DNA of 64,000 nucleotides from a virus: the IMG/VR virus record IMGVR_UViG_3300033145_001598, positions 1 through 64,000 of that record. The stretch is one strand, 5' to 3'. Positions 47,874 to 56,579 of this stretch are shown one piece after another. Position numbers and translations under genes: made by a program. The notes beneath the pieces are model-generated. The model worked only from the letters and a program-made list of their open reading frames with translations. It did no database searches and was not told where the DNA came from. Each line of letters opens with the position of its first letter. The stretch's first letter is position 1.

Positions 47874-48036
47874 CTAACTCTACATAATATTCAGGCTTAC
47901 GTTGAACCTCTACTTTTGTACCAAGAGCTTCTTCAAAGGCACGAGTAATTTCTTCACAAGAAGCATCTTCTACTCCTTGAACATCAATATGAGTGTTGCC
48001 TGCCTTGTCGATTCTAAATGTAATTTCTCTAGACAT
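47839..48036 (-). CDS. DUF2997-family protein
   Basis: ITFRID..G....VQGV...SCEEIT..FEEALG.......KPEYY. Confidence 0.75.
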   Translation of the reverse strand: MSREITFRIDKAGNTHIDVQGVEDASCEEITRAFEEALGTKVEVQRKPEYYVELDGIKVYEGDEE

Positions 48037-48439
48037 TTCTTTTGTCCTTTACTTTCTTTTTCACTCTGAAAGTTACTTCTTTTTCGGGGTTTAGTTTATT
48101 ACACCATTTTGGACATCGGCCAGCATAAATATGATCGATTACCAAAACTTGACATATTTCTCCATGAGATAATTCTGCTTCACTAACGTCAATGTCTCCA
48201 CTTAAAGTTCTATTACGAAGTCCATTGGGCATTTGAGCATACTCAAAGAGCCTATGATATGCTTGAAGTTTACCTGTTCTTCGTTCAAACCTATCTAATG
48301 GAGAACACATTGAGATAGCATAGTAAAACATGTTGTTAACATCTCTTACTCCAGCTACCACTGCAGAACCTTTTCCTACATTAAAGTAGGCAAATCTAAC
48401 TTCTGGTGCTAGCTCTTTTCTCTCTTGTCTAGTTTCCAT
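48029..48439 (-). CDS. phage hypothetical protein
   Basis: CSPLDRFERRTGK..A..R pattern. Confidence 0.5.
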   Translation of the reverse strand: METRQERKELAPEVRFAYFNVGKGSAVVAGVRDVNNMFYYAISMCSPLDRFERRTGKLQAYHRLFEYAQMPNGLRNRTLSGDIDVSEAELSHGEICQVLVIDHIYAGRCPKWCNKLNPEKEVTFRVKKKVKDKRNV

Positions 48440-48492
48440 TTATTCCTCTAAAAATTTATTCCAATTTTGCCTCTAAAAGGGGCTTGTTGCTT

Positions 48493-48894
48493 TTAGAAAG
48501 GTGATGTTACTTTCACAAAGAACTCGCCGTCTCGCTCTTCCTCGCTTGCCACAAAGAAATTTCTTTCTGAAGCCACTTCCTTGATGACTTCACAAGCATA
48601 TCTTTGCTGCAATTCACCCTGCCACTGTTGACCAAACTTACGGCCATCTGTGTCTACGTGCAAAGTATAGGTACCATCGGTTTGTTTCTCAAAGCCAAGG
48701 TCACTATTATAGTTTCCAACGCCTTTGACTCGAATCTCTGCTTTCTTGCTGTGGGCAGTACCACCATAACCTCTAAGGGTCTGTGGTGTATCAAATACTT
48801 CGATATTGTTCTCCTGAAGACCCATCTTGACTAGGGCTTTCACCAAAGCTTCCTTCTTCTGAAGCTTCGTAGAGATCTTGCTGTAATGACTCAT
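48493..48894 (-). CDS. DUF1257/Ycf35-family protein
   Basis: MSHYS.I.T......LVKAL..MG, LRGY.G, DLGF....DG.Y.L..D, L.Q.YA. Confidence 0.75.
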   Translation of the reverse strand: MSHYSKISTKLQKKEALVKALVKMGLQENNIEVFDTPQTLRGYGGTAHSKKAEIRVKGVGNYNSDLGFEKQTDGTYTLHVDTDGRKFGQQWQGELQQRYACEVIKEVASERNFFVASEEERDGEFFVKVTSPF

Positions 48895-49117
48895 AATCTG
48901 TCTCCTTTATTAGTTTTGTGTTCTGACACTGTTCTTCAACTGGAAGACTCATCCAGTCTACGAGTTTTAAATTTATATACTTTTCTTCTGATTCTGGATA
49001 AGGGTTTTCTCCCCTGTGAACCCAAGTTCTCTTGATAGTACTTTCAATTGTATATTTAGCTCTTGCCGTGTAGGCGCCTTGAGTGTACCAGTCGATGACT
49101 GATTCGAGGGAGGACAT
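48791..49117 (-). CDS. hypothetical protein
   Basis: ORF; overlaps the DUF1257 gene start. Confidence 0.35.
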   Translation of the reverse strand: MSSLESVIDWYTQGAYTARAKYTIESTIKRTWVHRGENPYPESEEKYINLKLVDWMSLPVEEQCQNTKLIKETDYESLQQDLYEASEEGSFGESPSQDGSSGEQYRSI

Positions 49118-49213
49118 GTTTTGTTTATCTCCAATTTCTTCTAACCAAACTACCTTAAAATACCTTAAGATTTACTTTACTTATTTCCGCTATAGAAGTC
49201 AAGGACTTCTTCT

Positions 49214-50233
49214 TTATCCTATGTCTTGTATGACTGCTGCTAGTCGAGCTCTTGTGTCCCTAAAGAGATCAAGATAACGCCCGACTTCACACTCGGCCAA
49301 GTACTTTTGAAAAGTTGGCAAGTCTTTTACTGCCTCTAGAATAGATTGTGCAACATGTAGCTTACTTGCTGTTTCTTGGTCTTCATATTGTTCTTCAATA
49401 ACACTAATGATTCGGTTGGGGAGGAAGTCTGCTTCTTGGATAAGATTGCGCGCTTCATTTGCAGGATCATCTACTATGAGAGCAGATGCTTCTAGTATTT
49501 TAGCAATTCCTACTTCAGCGGCCTCTTTAGCTTCTCTGACAGCTTGTCTAATGGCATCGATTTCAATGTCCCCTACATGGACAAACCTTGTAGCTCCAGT
49601 AGCTAGTTTGTCTAGATAGTCATAACAAGCATTGGATGTTCCTCCTCTAATAGTCGGTTTAATCCAGATGGCACTCATGCCTGTTTCACTGTTGATTATG
49701 TTAACACCAGCCCAATATATCTGACCATCTTGTTCTACCTGAAGATCCTTGTACAAAACCCTAAGCATAGTAAAGTCATCTGTCTTATCGAATGTTCTGA
49801 GATGAATATTCTCTAAGTTTTCGTCTTTTGACTCTGCTTGCAATGCATCTAACACTTCTGGAATCAGAAAGTTATCGTCGATTGGACTATATCTACTGGA
49901 AAAGATGGCTCTTACACGATTATCAATATATCTAAAGAGAAGCTCTTTACCATCATTCTGTCCAATCCAATAGTTGATGTTGACTGCTTGGAGACCATTT
50001 GGGCATCTATGGAGATAGCTAGCGGGGATTCTTAAACGACTAAGGAGTTGGCCTTCTGCATGGGTTGAGATATCTACTGGCTCAACATGTAGTTCAAAGT
50101 TTTCATTTTCTTCAAGACGAAGAAGACGACCAATATTTGTGGTAGTATCAGTACATCTCTCTGCATAGTCAGTAACTGCTTCTAGAATCTTTTCTTTTCT
50201 CTCTCTAGATGTCCTGTAATTCTTCAAGAGCAT
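49214..50233 (-). CDS. DUF932-like phage protein
   Basis: HA..QL...L.IP..Y, LLFR, VRAIFS.RY..ID, NSETG.SA. Confidence 0.55.
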   Translation of the reverse strand: MLLKNYRTSRERKEKILEAVTDYAERCTDTTTNIGRLLRLEENENFELHVEPVDISTHAEGQLLSRLRIPASYLHRCPNGLQAVNINYWIGQNDGKELLFRYIDNRVRAIFSSRYSPIDDNFLIPEVLDALQAESKDENLENIHLRTFDKTDDFTMLRVLYKDLQVEQDGQIYWAGVNIINSETGMSAIWIKPTIRGGTSNACYDYLDKLATGATRFVHVGDIEIDAIRQAVREAKEAAEVGIAKILEASALIVDDPANEARNLIQEADFLPNRIISVIEEQYEDQETASKLHVAQSILEAVKDLPTFQKYLAECEVGRYLDLFRDTRARLAAVIQDIG

Positions 50234-50250
50234 TATTTTCTCCGGTTATC

Positions 50251-50634
50251 TCAATAAACTGCGTATGATTTTTCTTCTATGATTTCAGAGCCAACTAGCT
50301 CATTGATCTCCCTCTTAATTCGAGCTCGTTCATCGTTATTCATGTAGACTGATCTTGCTAGTATAATAAACTCTGCGTCAAACTTTTCCTTTTTCTCGAG
50401 CTCTCTAACTTGATCTTCTATCACCCAGAGTCTCTCATTAACTTTGGTTAATTCTTTTTGTAAAGCAGGAATGTTTGGATCATCTGGAAGCTCTTCAGCA
50501 GCTTTTTTTAGCTGAATCAATTCTTTGTCTATGTTATAGAGCTTTTCAGGTTCCTTTATTCTTCTAGACTTAATTTGTAAGATAGTTATTTTATCTAGAA
50601 GTTCACCTGCGCTCACTTCCACCTTAAGAATCAT
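50251..50634 (-). CDS. DUF6165-like protein
   Basis: VS.GELLDKITILQIK, LWVIED..R, ARSVY..NDERA.IK..IN...GS.I.EEKSY; start at TAATG overlap. Confidence 0.65.
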   Translation of the reverse strand: MILKVEVSAGELLDKITILQIKSRRIKEPEKLYNIDKELIQLKKAAEELPDDPNIPALQKELTKVNERLWVIEDQVRELEKKEKFDAEFIILARSVYMNNDERARIKREINELVGSEIIEEKSYAVY

Positions 50635-51461
50635 TAAAATGTCAGCCCCCTTGTAAAGATATCTAGACGCTCGCCTCTCCATCCTGCGGCTCTTTTATGT
50701 CCGCCCCCGCCCTGGGTCCTAGCAATCTCTGATACATCAAAATCGTCCCGTCTGGATCTGGCTGAAAAGATTAGCCTTTCTCCATTGTGAAAATAGGTTA
50801 TGCCGTAGGGTCCCCTATTTGCAAGAATCTCACCTATTTCACTCTGTAAGATAGGAGAGTTCACTGCCAAGACTCTTTCTTTCTGTCCTTCTATAGTAAC
50901 AAGTCGAGCCCTATTTGCTAGGCTTTCAGCGAGTCGTGTTTCGTATCGATGAATAGCAGTGCCTTCCATTACAACCAAACCAAAGTTTTCTTCTATCATT
51001 TTATTGAGATGGTTCCAGGAAGCAATTGTTCTTGAAAAACTTCTCATGTAAGCAGAAACTTCTTTAGAGTTATTCAAACCAAACTGCCATAAGTCTCGGT
51101 CCTGAACATACTTAACAAGCTGCGGTGCCTCTTCTCCAGATGAAAAGAAGTCCCAGGCCATCATTGCACCTGATCTATTCATATCAAACTCGCAGAAGTC
51201 TAGTCCTTTAAGGTTTTCCTCCGCAGTTTTGTGGTGGTCCAAGACAATAATGGATTTAGCATGTAACTGCATATCCAACAGTATGTCCTTAGGGTACGAG
51301 AAATCAAAAATGTATACTTCTCTTCCTGTAACATCAGGTGGATCATCTCCGTATTGAGCTGGATGAAATTCTATATTTTCTCTTTCGAGATGCAACCAGG
51401 CTAGCCAAGCTGCAGTAAACCCATCGTCACAATTAGTATGATAAATAATTAATGGTCCCAT
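50634..51461 (-). CDS. DHH/DHHA1 phosphoesterase
   Basis: YH..C.DG, LDHH, RSGA, DRDLW, SARS, GGGH..AAG. Confidence 0.85.
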   Translation of the reverse strand: MGPLIIYHTNCDDGFTAAWLAWLHLERENIEFHPAQYGDDPPDVTGREVYIFDFSYPKDILLDMQLHAKSIIVLDHHKTAEENLKGLDFCEFDMNRSGAMMAWDFFSSGEEAPQLVKYVQDRDLWQFGLNNSKEVSAYMRSFSRTIASWNHLNKMIEENFGLVVMEGTAIHRYETRLAESLANRARLVTIEGQKERVLAVNSPILQSEIGEILANRGPYGITYFHNGERLIFSARSRRDDFDVSEIARTQGGGGHKRAAGWRGERLDIFTRGLTF

Positions 51462-51468
51462 GATTATC

Positions 51469-51840
51469 CTAATATAAGAGGAACTGTCTTAGGTAACATT
51501 TATACTGTGAAGGAAAGCTCCCACCCTTCTGCAGCATTAAGCTAACATGTCCGTCTGAACCAGCAGGAACTACAAGGTCTTTATAGACATAGCCTAGCAT
51601 TTCGTTATCTGCATGATGGCAGATAACTTTGAAGTGTTCTGTTGCATTGTTTGGATTACTAACAGCAAAGAAGATAATTGGCGTACCTGATTGCCAATTG
51701 TTATTTTTCCATTCTGCTCCAATTCGGCCCATACCCTCATAGTGAAGGGTAGGTTCTTTTACTTTTGTGTAAAAGCTAGTACTACATGCTGTAAGAGAAG
51801 TAAAGAGTAGTGAAAATATTACTATCAATAAGAATTTCAT
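51469..51840 (-). CDS. lipoprotein
   Basis: MKFLLIVIFSLLFTSLTAC lipobox signal; ORF track start 51912 probably too far upstream. Confidence 0.6.
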   Translation of the reverse strand: MKFLLIVIFSLLFTSLTACSTSFYTKVKEPTLHYEGMGRIGAEWKNNNWQSGTPIIFFAVSNPNNATEHFKVICHHADNEMLGYVYKDLVVPAGSDGHVSLMLQKGGSFPSQYKCYLRQFLLY

Positions 51841-52088
51841 GTATATTGCCTTTTTCTGATTCAAAAAGTAGAGAATTTGTTTTATCGAATAGTTCGTGCG
51901 GTTCTGTTGCATCCCATATTTCTCTAATCTACGTTTTCTGTAAAAATACTAGAGATTGGTGAATTTGTTTCGAATGACACATTGTATACCTCACTATAGA
52001 GAGCTTGTCCACCACAAGAACATAGTAGTATACTAAAAAAGGCTAATAGTGTTAGTGCTTTGAGTATTTCCCGATAGATTCTGCCCAC

Positions 52089-52364
52089 TTACTTGCCTCG
52101 CTTCTCTTTTCTTCGCCTACCTCTTTCGGTAGAAGGCAGAAGTTTACCATCTTCTCCCCTCTTCAGTCTATGGGCAGCTATGAAGCTTTCTGCTTCGTCT
52201 GTTGTAGTAATCTTCCCGCCAAACTTATGTCCATTGTTTCTTGAAAAGCCATGAATAACACAAAATTTATGACTGTTCTCATGTTGTTCACAGATACATT
52301 TGTCTTCGCCTCTTGCTTTATTAACAATGTACAGCCAGTCTGAATTCTTAATTCCTATGCCCAT
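52089..52364 (-). CDS. hypothetical protein
   Basis: AGGAG upstream; CIC...C..HG. Confidence 0.5.
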   Translation of the reverse strand: MGIGIKNSDWLYIVNKARGEDKCICEQHENSHKFCVIHGFSRNNGHKFGGKITTTDEAESFIAAHRLKRGEDGKLLPSTERGRRRKEKRGK

Positions 52365-52380
52365 TATTTCTCCTGGTTCT

Positions 52381-52665
52381 CTAATAGTTGTCAGGTTCTG
52401 CTGCTAATATATCTTTTAATATATCTTCTGCTAAACATTCTGCATGCAATAAACATAAATAGACTGTGCCACCTGCACCATCACTAATTTCAAGCTTGAA
52501 AGCTTTTGTTCCTTTTGGTAGAGTAGCCATTTCCATAGCATCTCTTCGTGAAGGATTGGTAGCCCATTCATCTTGTGCACAGTTACGACAGTATGCACCA
52601 TTACCTTTAACTTTCTGAACTATTCCTTGTACTCTCATTTTCTTCTCGCCAAACTCTAGTACCAA
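52381..52665 (-). CDS. Zn-binding hypothetical protein
   Basis: CRNC ... CLLH. Confidence 0.45.
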   Translation of the reverse strand: MVLEFGEKKMRVQGIVQKVKGNGAYCRNCAQDEWATNPSRRDAMEMATLPKGTKAFKLEISDGAGGTVYLCLLHAECLAEDILKDILAAEPDNY

Positions 52666-52689
52666 TCCCTAGTTTACTCTGCCCATGGC

Positions 52690-53142
52690 TTATGATTCAC
52701 ACCCAGGGCAGATTCTACATGTGATAGCTACTACGTTTAGTCTCTTTCCACAGGCAATACAGTTCCATCTGTCTGAATTGTAGTTAGCCAATTGCGCTTT
52801 GTTCTCTATAACAATGTTAAATACTTCTTCTACTAAAAAAGTTTGGGCTAGTATTACATTGGAAAACTTATTGAATTTGATAGCAATGGGTTTAGCATTG
52901 GTTCCGATCCAACTTTCATGCTCTATATATATAACCTTATAAATCCTTCCTCTTTCAGGAGTGCTTTCCTTTTTCGGGACTTTTGTAATTTTAAGTACAC
53001 GCCAACATCCCGGAGTAATATCCGCTCTTTCTTCGATAGCTGCAATATAGTGTATGGTCTCTGGATCCATAACGATTAACATACCTACATGTATGTCATC
53101 TACACATAGAGGGATTGAGCCAAGAAATGTTTGGGTGAGCAC
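52690..53142 (-). CDS. hypothetical protein with C-terminal Zn ribbon
   Basis: CIACG...CPGC; GGAGG upstream. Confidence 0.5.
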   Translation of the reverse strand: MLTQTFLGSIPLCVDDIHVGMLIVMDPETIHYIAAIEERADITPGCWRVLKITKVPKKESTPERGRIYKVIYIEHESWIGTNAKPIAIKFNKFSNVILAQTFLVEEVFNIVIENKAQLANYNSDRWNCIACGKRLNVVAITCRICPGCES

Positions 53143-53725
53143 TGGTCACATCAACCTCCACTTTTACAATCTTTTCTAACTTCAATTGTCTCAGGCTATA
53201 TCTTTCTGTCCATACCTTGAGAGGGGAATTCTCTTTAGGAAAGACTAGTATCACATAGTTAGATCTGTTAATCATATGAGCATTTCTTATAGCAAACCAC
53301 TGAACTCTATATGAATTTCCAGGATACTTTCTAAGTTTTGTTCCTTTTTTTAATTCTTTTTGTATCTCTACATATTCTTTGATTATTTGGTTTCTTAAAA
53401 CATGTGTAATGTCGCTATTCCCTGGATCAGTAATTGCCACTGCATTATTAATATAATAACGACGTTTACTGTTCTGTTCTTCTTTGAGAGTATATATCCG
53501 TGGGTAGGTAACTACATATGGAATATCTAGAGATTTACAAACAGCTGTAGACCATAGTCCCATGTCTTCAGACACTGAGGTAAGACAATAGGTAGGATTT
53601 ATATCTAAAAGCTCGTTCATTACTGCTGATTTTACTTGCGCCTTAAATTGATTCATTTCTCCTGACCCAAATTGTCTAGGTCCATTACCTTGAATGAAAC
53701 CCGATACTATAGAGACTACTTTCAT
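53096..53725 (-). CDS. SLOG/YspA-like protein, divergent
   Basis: L.IPY....P and RNAHMINRSNYVI resemble DUF1273/SLOG motifs. Confidence 0.45.
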   Translation of the reverse strand: MKVVSIVSGFIQGNGPRQFGSGEMNQFKAQVKSAVMNELLDINPTYCLTSVSEDMGLWSTAVCKSLDIPYVVTYPRIYTLKEEQNSKRRYYINNAVAITDPGNSDITHVLRNQIIKEYVEIQKELKKGTKLRKYPGNSYRVQWFAIRNAHMINRSNYVILVFPKENSPLKVWTERYSLRQLKLEKIVKVEVDVTSAHPNISWLNPSMCR

Positions 53726-53907
53726 AATAAGGCTAACTCGCCTTTCTTATCTTTCTTTTTATCTCTTCCAATCTGAAGATACTCATTTGAATGAAAATCA
53801 ATGAAGCTATCTATTTGATTAGTTAGTTTCTTTCCCATCCACCAACCGATGGATAGCATTGCTCCAGTAAAGATCAATTTTCCAGCTGTAAGTGATAAAG
53901 GGTCCAT
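53722..53907 (-). CDS. small membrane protein
   Basis: Hydrophobic N-terminus and basic tail. Confidence 0.45.
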   Translation of the reverse strand: MDPLSLTAGKLIFTGAMLSIGWWMGKKLTNQIDSFIDFHSNEYLQIGRDKKKDKKGELALL

Positions 53908-53910
53908 TGT

Positions 53911-54135
53911 CTACTCCGTTGGGTGTAAATGTCCATGACCCAGAAGTATACCAACTACATCCTCGGCCACCCTATTCTCTCCATTATTCTTCTTAAGCCA
54001 GACAAGTAAGGATTCTTTCTCTAGATCAGCTATGTCACAAGAGATACACTCTCCGTTTTCAACGAAGGCTCTGACATAAATACCTGTTTCTCCATATTGT
54101 TTATATCTTCCTTGATCAACATATAAGAATTTCAT
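53911..54135 (-). CDS. hypothetical protein
   Basis: TAATG overlap with rtcB. Confidence 0.5.
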   Translation of the reverse strand: MKFLYVDQGRYKQYGETGIYVRAFVENGECISCDIADLEKESLLVWLKKNNGENRVAEDVVGILLGHGHLHPTE

Positions 54136-55463
54136 TATATTGCCTTGATGTTGAGAACAGGTTTTACTCTGTCAATTATCCTTGCTGTAGGATCGAGCGC
54201 TCTCTCAATAATATGACTTTCTTTGTAAGCATCAGGAGCTTCATCAAGAGTACTTTTCACTACTGAAGTAGAATAAATGTCTTTCATTTCTTGTTTAAAT
54301 TTGTCAAGAGATAGTTCTTTTTTAGCTTGTGTTCTAGACATTACTCTACCAGCTCCATGAGGCGCTGAGTAGTTCCATTCACCATTGCTCCTGCCTTCAC
54401 AAATAAGTAAGCCGTCTCTCATGTTAAATGGAATAATTATTTTTTCACCAGTATAACTGGCTACTGCTCCCTTACGGATGATAAGATCTCCAAAGTCTAT
54501 AAGATTATGAACTGTTTCTATTTGTTCAAGAGTTTCTAAAGTATCCTTAAGGCCAAGGCATTTAATAATACGCCGGCCCATTTCTTTCCTATTTAAGTGA
54601 GCATACTCTTGAGCCATTGCCATATCAAACAAGTATCCAAAGGCATCGTCTCCTGTAAGGTATGCAAGCTCCTTAATATCTCCAGCTCCATCTAATCCTA
54701 ATTGTGTTCTAAGATTCTGGATTTTTCCTTCCCATAGTTTCCACTCTGGCTCTTCTTTCTTGAGTTTATCTACAAGGTCAGTAAAGACTCCTTCTCGAAC
54801 GTCCTTAATTCTCAGAAGTGCTCTTTCCTGCCAGTAATTACACACTTTGAGACCAAAGTTTCTAGATCCTGAGTGTATGGTAAGCCAATAATCACCAGTA
54901 TTCTCTGATTTGCCTATTTCTATGAAATGGTTACCTCCACCAAGAGTACCAATACTATTGCAAGCTCTACTAAAATCTGCACCTGTATATCTACAGATTT
55001 CCTGGAACCTATCATAGTCAAAAACAGGTAATTCTGAATTCACTCCTAGCCTATCCGAGGCCTTCTGTACGAGGTTTTTAGCTGCAGATGATGCTAGGAC
55101 CCAATCGTGTCTAGAAACGTTGTATCTGGCTCTCTTGTGAGCTTTAAAGCCCATAGGTACAGTTGACCTGATGTTTTGGTCTATATCCCTGAGAGACATG
55201 GACGACAAGAGACTCTTGCCTAGGTTAATGGCTAGCATTCCACAGCCAATATCCACACCAATAACATTAGGAATGATTTTGTCGGTAAGAGGCATTGTAA
55301 AACCAATTACACTACCTTTGCCAGCATGAGTATCTGGCATAATAGCCACTGGCTTAGTAAATGCAGGATGATTAATCATTTTGGTAATCTGGCTGACACA
55401 TTCTGGTTCTACATCGTCAATCCAGATCTTAGCTGTAGTATATTTGCCTTCACATTCAAACAT
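54135..55463 (-). CDS. rtcB: RtcB RNA ligase
   Basis: MPDTHAG.G..IG, GVDIGCG, GTLGGGNHFIE, HSGSR, HN, RKGA, SAPHGAGR, DEAP.AYK. Confidence 0.95.
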   Translation of the reverse strand: MFECEGKYTTAKIWIDDVEPECVSQITKMINHPAFTKPVAIMPDTHAGKGSVIGFTMPLTDKIIPNVIGVDIGCGMLAINLGKSLLSSMSLRDIDQNIRSTVPMGFKAHKRARYNVSRHDWVLASSAAKNLVQKASDRLGVNSELPVFDYDRFQEICRYTGADFSRACNSIGTLGGGNHFIEIGKSENTGDYWLTIHSGSRNFGLKVCNYWQERALLRIKDVREGVFTDLVDKLKKEEPEWKLWEGKIQNLRTQLGLDGAGDIKELAYLTGDDAFGYLFDMAMAQEYAHLNRKEMGRRIIKCLGLKDTLETLEQIETVHNLIDFGDLIIRKGAVASYTGEKIIIPFNMRDGLLICEGRSNGEWNYSAPHGAGRVMSRTQAKKELSLDKFKQEMKDIYSTSVVKSTLDEAPDAYKESHIIERALDPTARIIDRVKPVLNIKAI

Positions 55464-55662
55464 GTTTTCTCTTTTCGTCAGATTCTATAAAAGCTCGGTC
55501 AAACTCTTCCATTGCTTGACCAAGAGTTTTATTGCCACAACCTACATATTGTTCTCCATCTTTCCACCAAGCAAATAATCGAAGAGCTGAAATATAACCA
55601 TGATGAAAACCAACCGCTTGAGCTTGTTTTATTAGTTTTTTCATATCTTCTTCATTAACCAT
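55456..55662 (-). CDS. hypothetical protein
   Basis: Small ORF. Confidence 0.45.
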   Translation of the reverse strand: MVNEEDMKKLIKQAQAVGFHHGYISALRLFAWWKDGEQYVGCGNKTLGQAMEEFDRAFIESDEKRKHV

Positions 55663-55685
55663 AAAGTTTAAACCTTATTTTTTTA

Positions 55686-56132
55686 TTAAAAACGAAATTC
55701 TACTTGACCTGTTGCTGTGATAATGTTTTCTAGATCATCTAAAGAGTTGAAATGTTTAAACTCTGGTTGACCGTCTTCATCACCATTATCTTCGTCTACA
55801 ATATCGTCCCAGGATACATTCCAGTCTATATTGTAGAATCCATGGTTATTACACGTTCTAACACATATACCTCTGCTATCTTTCCAGATATATGTCTCAT
55901 AATTACATGTCCAGTCAACATATAAAGGCTTATTAAAACTACGATGAGTTTCTAACCATACTAAAGCTTTACTATTTCTATTAATAGCAAAGTCTTCACC
56001 ATATTCTAATCTTTCTGTTTCTATTACCTCTAGCATTTTTTTTGCTACTTGAGCAGTAGTAGTATAATCGTTATCTCTAACTATAAATGCAGAAGAACTA
56101 CTGTTGCTTACAAATCCTGTTCTAATCTTCAA
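55686..56132 (-). CDS. MKxRxGFVSNSSSS-motif protein
   Basis: TTG start, KIRTGFVSNSSSSAF; ends GQVEFRF. Confidence 0.65.
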   Translation of the reverse strand: MKIRTGFVSNSSSSAFIVRDNDYTTTAQVAKKMLEVIETERLEYGEDFAINRNSKALVWLETHRSFNKPLYVDWTCNYETYIWKDSRGICVRTCNNHGFYNIDWNVSWDDIVDEDNGDEDGQPEFKHFNSLDDLENIITATGQVEFRF

Positions 56133-56286
56133 ACCTAAACTCCAATTGCTTCTTTAGATATACTATTACATCGTCTTCTTCTTCGTCTGGAAATTCAGCA
56201 CTCAAATTTTCTTCTAAATAATCATCATTTGCATACATATAGTCTGAACTACTTGAGTTTGCTACAAATCCTAGTCGAAGTTTCAT
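56122..56286 (-). CDS. MKxRxGFVxNSSSS-motif mini-protein (54 aa)
   Basis: MKLRLGFVANSSSS at TAATG overlap; acidic middle; ends QLEFRFED. Confidence 0.6.
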   Translation of the reverse strand: MKLRLGFVANSSSSDYMYANDDYLEENLSAEFPDEEEDDVIVYLKKQLEFRFED

Positions 56287-56570
56287 TACCAGTGTCCATG
56301 AATCCAATTTATTTTATTGTCTGGTATACCTATTTTTTGTAGGTACTCTTCCATGTCAAAATTATTCATAGAAGTGTTACCACTGATGATTTCTGCTCTT
56401 TCATCTACAATGATCTCCCAAGCATCAGTATCTCCATATTCAATATCTATTTGTTTACCTAGTTCTGAATGACAGACTATTGTGAGGATTTGTTTAGCAG
56501 ATAAATCTGAGAGTTTTATCGTGAATGAAGAGGAGCTGGAATTTGATACGAAGCCAATTCTAAATTTCAT
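56286..56570 (-). CDS. MKxRxGFVSNSSSS-motif protein
   Basis: MKFRIGFVSNSSSSSF. Confidence 0.65.
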   Translation of the reverse strand: MKFRIGFVSNSSSSSFTIKLSDLSAKQILTIVCHSELGKQIDIEYGDTDAWEIIVDERAEIISGNTSMNNFDMEEYLQKIGIPDNKINWIHGHW

Positions 56571-56579
56571 TAATAATAT

